Source: Burkholderiales bacterium
GTDB taxonomy: Bacteria > Pseudomonadota > Gammaproteobacteria > Burkholderiales > Casimicrobiaceae
Reading direction: 5' to 3'
NCBI GenBank assembly: GCA_014378555.1
Contig: JACMNN010000029.1
Location: 1-61,180, forward strand
DNA: 61,180 nt
Shown here: in pieces, positions 57,049 to 61,180 of the stretch
How positions within the stretch are numbered: the first letter of the stretch is position 1
How the letters are laid out: each line of letters starts with the position of its first letter
The notes under the pieces: model-generated
What the model saw: the letters and a program-made list of their open reading frames with translations, nothing else
The model's database searches: none
What the model was told of the DNA's origin: nothing
Translations under genes and position numbers: made by a program

Positions 57049-59089
57049 AAAGAGCCAAAACTTGATTGCGTTCCTAAGCGACCCACAGTCTCCCGCGTTT
57101 CCGTTTCGGACATCTTTGCTGTGCGCTGCGCTCATGGCAGCGCTTAGCCCCCTCGCAGTACAGGGTCAAGGCCAGCCCGCGCCGGCACAGGTGGACAAAG
57201 TCATCGTCACCGCGTCGCCGTTTGCCGATCAGGACGAATTGCAAGCCGTACAACCGGGCGTAGTGGTCGGCAAAGAGGCGCTGCTTCGCGACCGCGCGGC
57301 AAGTCTTGGCGACACGCTGACTATGCAAGCAGGCGTGCAGTCGTCAAGTTTCGGGCCGGGTGCGTCGCGGCCAATCATTCGTGGCCTTGACGGCCCGCGC
57401 GTCAAAACCGCTGAAAACGGTGTAGGCACCATGGACGTCGGCACCATTAGCCCCGATCATGCGGTCACAGCAGAAACACTCGGCGCGCGGCAGATCGAAA
57501 TTCTGCGCGGGCCAGCGACGCTGTTGTACGGCTCCGGCGCCATTGGCGGACTGGTCAATGTGGTGACCGACCGCATCCCACAATCGCACAGCGATGGCCT
57601 GCGCTTGCTCAGCGACGCGCGGGTGTCAAGCGCCGAGCGCACCCGCGACTTGGGCGCGCAACTGCGCGATAGTGTTGGGTCGATTGCATTCACCGGCGAG
57701 TACTCGGATCGGCGAACCAGCGACTACCAAACGGCGCGCTACGGCACGCTATCGAACTCGGCCACCGCAACACGCAACGCCAGTGTCGGCGCCTCATACA
57801 TACTGAACAACGGCTTTGTCGGTATCGGTGTGAACCGCTTTCAGAGCGCGTACGGCATCCCCTCGCCCGACGCGGTGAGTATCAACATGAAGCGTGACCG
57901 GGCTGAACTGCTTGGCGAGTTAAACGATGTGATCGGCTTGGAGCGCATTCGCTTCAGCGCCGCCAACAACCACTATCAACACGCCGAACTGGAACCGACC
58001 GGCGCGGTCGGCACCGTGTTTCGTAACAAGTCGTCGAGCGCTCGTTTTGATCTGCAAACCCGACCGATAGCAGGTTGGCGCACGGTGCTGGGCGCAAACT
58101 TTGAGCAGGGTAAATTCTCAGCCGTAGGCGAAGAAACCATCGTGCCGCAAACTGACACCAAAAGCCAGGCGCTGTTCGCCGTGACCGAGCGCCACTTGGG
58201 GCCGGGACGCGTAGAAATAGGGGTGCGCAGCGAAAACGTGAGGCACACTCCGGGTACGAATGCAGCTTTGCCAGAACGCAATTTTTCGTTGGCTAGCGGC
58301 TCGATCGCGTATCAATATTTGCTGACCTCGAGCAGCGCTATCACCGCGGGTTTTAGCCATGCCGAACGCGCGCCCGCCATAGAAGAGCTGTACTCAAAGG
58401 GCGCACACATTGCTACGCTCACCTACGACCTGGGCAACGCGCAATTAGCCAAGGAGAGATCGCAGAATTTTGATCTGTCTTACAAGCTGCAAAGCCATGC
58501 TTGGAGCGCCCGCGCCTCGGTTTATAGCAACACCATTAAAAACTTTATTTACGGTGCCAGTGTCGACCAAAATCACGACGGCGTGGCAGATCGCGTAAAC
58601 GCAGCAGGCGAAATGGTAACGGGTGCTGAGCTGCTTAAACGCGAATTCAAAAACGTCAACGCTCGCTTGAACGGTGCTGAGTTGTCGCTTGCTTATACGC
58701 CTACGCAAGGCATTGGATTCACGTCGATGGCAGACACCGTACGCGGCAGCATCGCCTGCATTGAGTGCGGCAACTTACCGAGAATGAGCCCCAGCCGAAT
58801 CGGCGGCAAACTGACCTGGCGCAGCGGCGGTTGGTACGCCGACGGCGGCGCGTTGCATGTGTTCAAACAAGATCGCATCGCCGCTTTCGAAACGGCCACG
58901 CCGGGCTATACGCGGATTGATGCATCGCTACGTTACCGCTGGGCATATTCGACCAATCGAAACGCTGATTTTTATCTGCTTGGCAAAAACCTGAGCAACC
59001 GCGATATGCGCGTACACACGTCATTCTTGAAAGATTTCGCGCCGCTGCCGGGACGCAGCGTTTTCGTCGGAGTAGCGGCAACTTACTAA
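57032..59089 (+). CDS. TonB-dependent receptor (ZnuD-like plug); true start may be downstream
   Basis: VIVTA, FGPGASRPIIRGLDG, SPDHAV, EILRGPATLLYG, RAPAIEELY..GAH, HTSFLKD..PGR. Confidence 0.88.
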   Translation: MQSSFIKSQNLIAFLSDPQSPAFPFRTSLLCAALMAALSPLAVQGQGQPAPAQVDKVIVTASPFADQDELQAVQPGVVVGKEALLRDRAASLGDTLTMQAGVQSSSFGPGASRPIIRGLDGPRVKTAENGVGTMDVGTISPDHAVTAETLGARQIEILRGPATLLYGSGAIGGLVNVVTDRIPQSHSDGLRLLSDARVSSAERTRDLGAQLRDSVGSIAFTGEYSDRRTSDYQTARYGTLSNSATATRNASVGASYILNNGFVGIGVNRFQSAYGIPSPDAVSINMKRDRAELLGELNDVIGLERIRFSAANNHYQHAELEPTGAVGTVFRNKSSSARFDLQTRPIAGWRTVLGANFEQGKFSAVGEETIVPQTDTKSQALFAVTERHLGPGRVEIGVRSENVRHTPGTNAALPERNFSLASGSIAYQYLLTSSSAITAGFSHAERAPAIEELYSKGAHIATLTYDLGNAQLAKERSQNFDLSYKLQSHAWSARASVYSNTIKNFIYGASVDQNHDGVADRVNAAGEMVTGAELLKREFKNVNARLNGAELSLAYTPTQGIGFTSMADTVRGSIACIECGNLPRMSPSRIGGKLTWRSGGWYADGGALHVFKQDRIAAFETATPGYTRIDASLRYRWAYSTNRNADFYLLGKNLSNRDMRVHTSFLKDFAPLPGRSVFVGVAATY

Positions 59090-59100
59090 AAAGGTTGCGC

Positions 59101-60084
59101 CTAAAACGTAGAAACCGGGTGCGAATTGGGGAATTCGTCTCTCGCCACGTCGCTCACTGCCCCACGCAACCAAAGCTGTGCCGCCACTGTGTTCATGCGG
59201 CGATGCCACACCATATCAACGTGAACCGGCGGCTTGTTAAACGGCAAATCAACGACCGTAAATTCGTCGCGAATGCCGGTGGACGCCAGAAAATGTCGCG
59301 GCAAAACGGTCAACAAATCTGAGCCGGCGACGACGCGACCTGCAGTGAAAAACTGATTCACCGTGAGCACAATGCGGCGCGTGCGATTGACTGCAGCGAG
59401 CGCTTCGTCAATAAAGCCAAACGGTCGCCCGGAAAAGCTCACCAGCAAATGTTTGGCGGCGCAGTAAGCATCCAGCGTTAACGGGTGTTCGGCTAAACCC
59501 AGCGCCAACGGATGATCGCGGCGCATCACGCAAACGTATTCACCGCTGTAGAGTTGAGTGTGGGCAAAGCTGTCGGGCGCTCCGGTTTGCATAGCGTGCA
59601 TGCCAATGCTTGCAACCACCGCCGGGAAAAAGCCGATGGCAAGATCGATCTCCTCAGCGAGCAACAAGGCGCGCGGATCGCGGGTAGTTAGCGGAACCAG
59701 ACGCAGATTAATGTGCGGCGCGCTGAGCTCCAGATGCCGGATCAGCGGCGGAATCAGTACGGCCGCGGTCGCGTCTGCCATCGCCAGCACGAAGCTTTGT
59801 TTCGATGTCGCGGGGTCAAAGGTGTCGGGCGAAATGCTCGATTGCAGATTGGCCAACGCATCACGCACCGCCGGCCATAGAGCAATAGCTCTTGGGGTTG
59901 GCGTCACCCCATACCCGGAGCGAGTCACCAGTTCGTCGCCTAACGCCTCGCGCAAACGACGCAACGCATTGCTCACCGCCGGTTGCGTCATCGCCAACGC
60001 GGCTGCGGCTCGGGTGATGTTTTTGGCCGCCATGACTTCGTCAAAAACACGCAATAAATTCAGATCGAGCGTTCGAAAATTCAT
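59101..60084 (-). CDS. LysR-family regulator (NodD/NahR-like)
   Basis: LDLNLLRVFD, MTQPAVSNALRRLR, HLLVSFSG. Confidence 0.93.
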   Translation of the reverse strand: MNFRTLDLNLLRVFDEVMAAKNITRAAAALAMTQPAVSNALRRLREALGDELVTRSGYGVTPTPRAIALWPAVRDALANLQSSISPDTFDPATSKQSFVLAMADATAAVLIPPLIRHLELSAPHINLRLVPLTTRDPRALLLAEEIDLAIGFFPAVVASIGMHAMQTGAPDSFAHTQLYSGEYVCVMRRDHPLALGLAEHPLTLDAYCAAKHLLVSFSGRPFGFIDEALAAVNRTRRIVLTVNQFFTAGRVVAGSDLLTVLPRHFLASTGIRDEFTVVDLPFNKPPVHVDMVWHRRMNTVAAQLWLRGAVSDVARDEFPNSHPVSTF

Positions 60085-60102
60085 ACCGCGCTTTCGTTAT
60101 GT

Positions 60103-60117
60103 ATTCATCTTGTGAAT
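60103..60117. promoter_or_regulatory. LysR recognition site (T-N11-A)
   Basis: ATTCA-TCTTG-TGAAT between divergent genes. Confidence 0.55.
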
Positions 60118-60213
60118 GCAATGCATCATAAACATCAATTGGCAATATATCAGGGAAACCCCTATATTTCGTTGGTCGTCACAAGCGACTAATTAAAAAA
60201 AGGTAACCCCATC

Positions 60214-60732
60214 ATGGCAACCCAAGTCTCCTCCTCCATCGTCACACCCTTCCACGGCGGGCTCAATCGCGTCATCGAACGCGCTGCCGTCACCCAAAGC
60301 GTGTTTTCTAATATTTTCTCAGCCAAGCAAATCCCTACTTACGTGCTCGGCATCACCATCATGGCCGTGGTCACCCTGACCGAACGTGCACTGCCATCCA
60401 TTGGCACCGGTTTCGCCACCGAATGGGCAGCGCTCAGTATCGTGGCTCTAGTCACGTTTGGGCTGTTTGCCAAATTTGTAGTCGGTGGCACCCGCGCCAC
60501 ACAGACGTGGTTTGGCGATTACGTGCAAAACGCGCGGCAAAACCGTGCCGACGCCGCGCTCTGGGAAACCGCACAGCGCGACCCACGCGTGATGAGCGAC
60601 ATCCTTGCCGCACAGGATCGCGCAGCTATGTTTGCCGCATTGGTCGCGCCCTCGCAACGTAATGCCGGCGTCATTACCGACGACGGCTTGGCAGCCCTTG
60701 CACCGTGGCGTCAGGCAGCCCGGTACTACTAA
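60214..60732 (+). CDS. Hypothetical two-TM protein
   Basis: 172-aa ORF with an AAGG RBS; C-terminal ADAALWETAQRDPRVMSDI segment. Confidence 0.75.
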   Translation: MATQVSSSIVTPFHGGLNRVIERAAVTQSVFSNIFSAKQIPTYVLGITIMAVVTLTERALPSIGTGFATEWAALSIVALVTFGLFAKFVVGGTRATQTWFGDYVQNARQNRADAALWETAQRDPRVMSDILAAQDRAAMFAALVAPSQRNAGVITDDGLAALAPWRQAARYY

Positions 60733-60777
60733 GCCGTAGCTGTGTTCACTCGCCCGCTCGCCGGGTGAGCGCGCGAT

Positions 60778-60803
60778 AAACGCCCGCTGCTTGCGGGCGT
60801 TTT
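60778..60803 (+). terminator. Rho-independent terminator, possibly bidirectional
   Basis: AAACGCCCGC-TGCTT-GCGGGCG-TTTT. Confidence 0.65.
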
Positions 60804-60919
60804 CATTGCTGCGTTGTTGGGTGCACATAGCGTTGGTGATTGGCGCATTTGCGGCGATGACCGCGGTCGTAGCCACGCAGCTTGCTTAGTTGTTTCGATA
60901 CGTGCCGCGCCTAGCGCGA

Positions 60920-61180
60920 CTATCCCTTGCGCAAGCTAGCCATGTCGTAGCCCACCTCTTTCACCCGACCGTCAGCGTTGTAGGTGACATCGAAGTATTG
61001 ATCTTCGTTGTTGGCGTTAAATTTGTATTTGTGCGTCAGCTCGCTCGGCGTCATCCCGAAGCGCTGCTCTTTGCTGTTTCGGCCAAGAATGCGCCGCACC
61101 TCCGTGATCGTCATACCCGGTTGAATCCGCTTGAAATTAGCGTCCACCAGCACCTGATCAATCTTTTCAAGCGTGCCTTG
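60920..61180 (-). CDS. SmpA/BamE-domain lipoprotein-like protein, 5'-truncated
   Basis: Frame is open to the window edge; QVL..NFKRIQPGMT..EVRRILG..FDVTY..DGRV. Confidence 0.65.
   Translation of the reverse strand, partial: QGTLEKIDQVLVDANFKRIQPGMTITEVRRILGRNSKEQRFGMTPSELTHKYKFNANNEDQYFDVTYNADGRVKEVGYDMASLRKG

Noticed and set aside
3483-59558. Many long antisense or overlapping ORFs (e.g. 3483-4295, 16526-17461, 42847-44100)
   Set aside because: Shadow ORFs are expected in GC-rich coding DNA, and none has recognisable motifs.
1-61180. tRNA, rRNA, transposase, prophage or defence-system genes
   Set aside because: No diagnostic motifs were seen. The stand-alone ATPases and nucleases lack partner genes that would indicate a defence system.

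Overview
GC-rich betaproteobacterial (Burkholderiales-like) chromosomal segment with about 50 CDS. No rRNA, tRNA, CRISPR array or transposase gene was seen. Core blocks are glmM-folP, phaC-phaB, phaM/PP0621-pilS-pilR-ampD, ohrR-ohr, yciB-bolA-PPIase, and S2P-trpS-scpA-scpB-rluB. Accessory blocks are a tctBA/Bug sugar-acid catabolic cluster (garD, two HpcH aldolases, an IlvD/Edd dehydratase, a Tat-lipoprotein FAH hydrolase), a c-di-GMP gene pair, a Shemin-pathway ALA synthase, a PlpD-like patatin-Omp85 protein, a porin and a ZnuD-like TonB receptor. The most notable non-coding signal is a modular set of miniature elements. One TA-flanked ~14-bp TIR shell occurs four times and carries two different REP-doublet cargos, and one cargo also appears in a different shell. 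There is also a hierarchical 210-bp/27-bp REP tandem array and an aminotransferase remnant whose breakpoint lies inside a REP. The most unusual protein is a PAS-GGDEF-LuxR(FixJ-type HTH) fusion. All calls are by eye from motifs, and no database searches were run.
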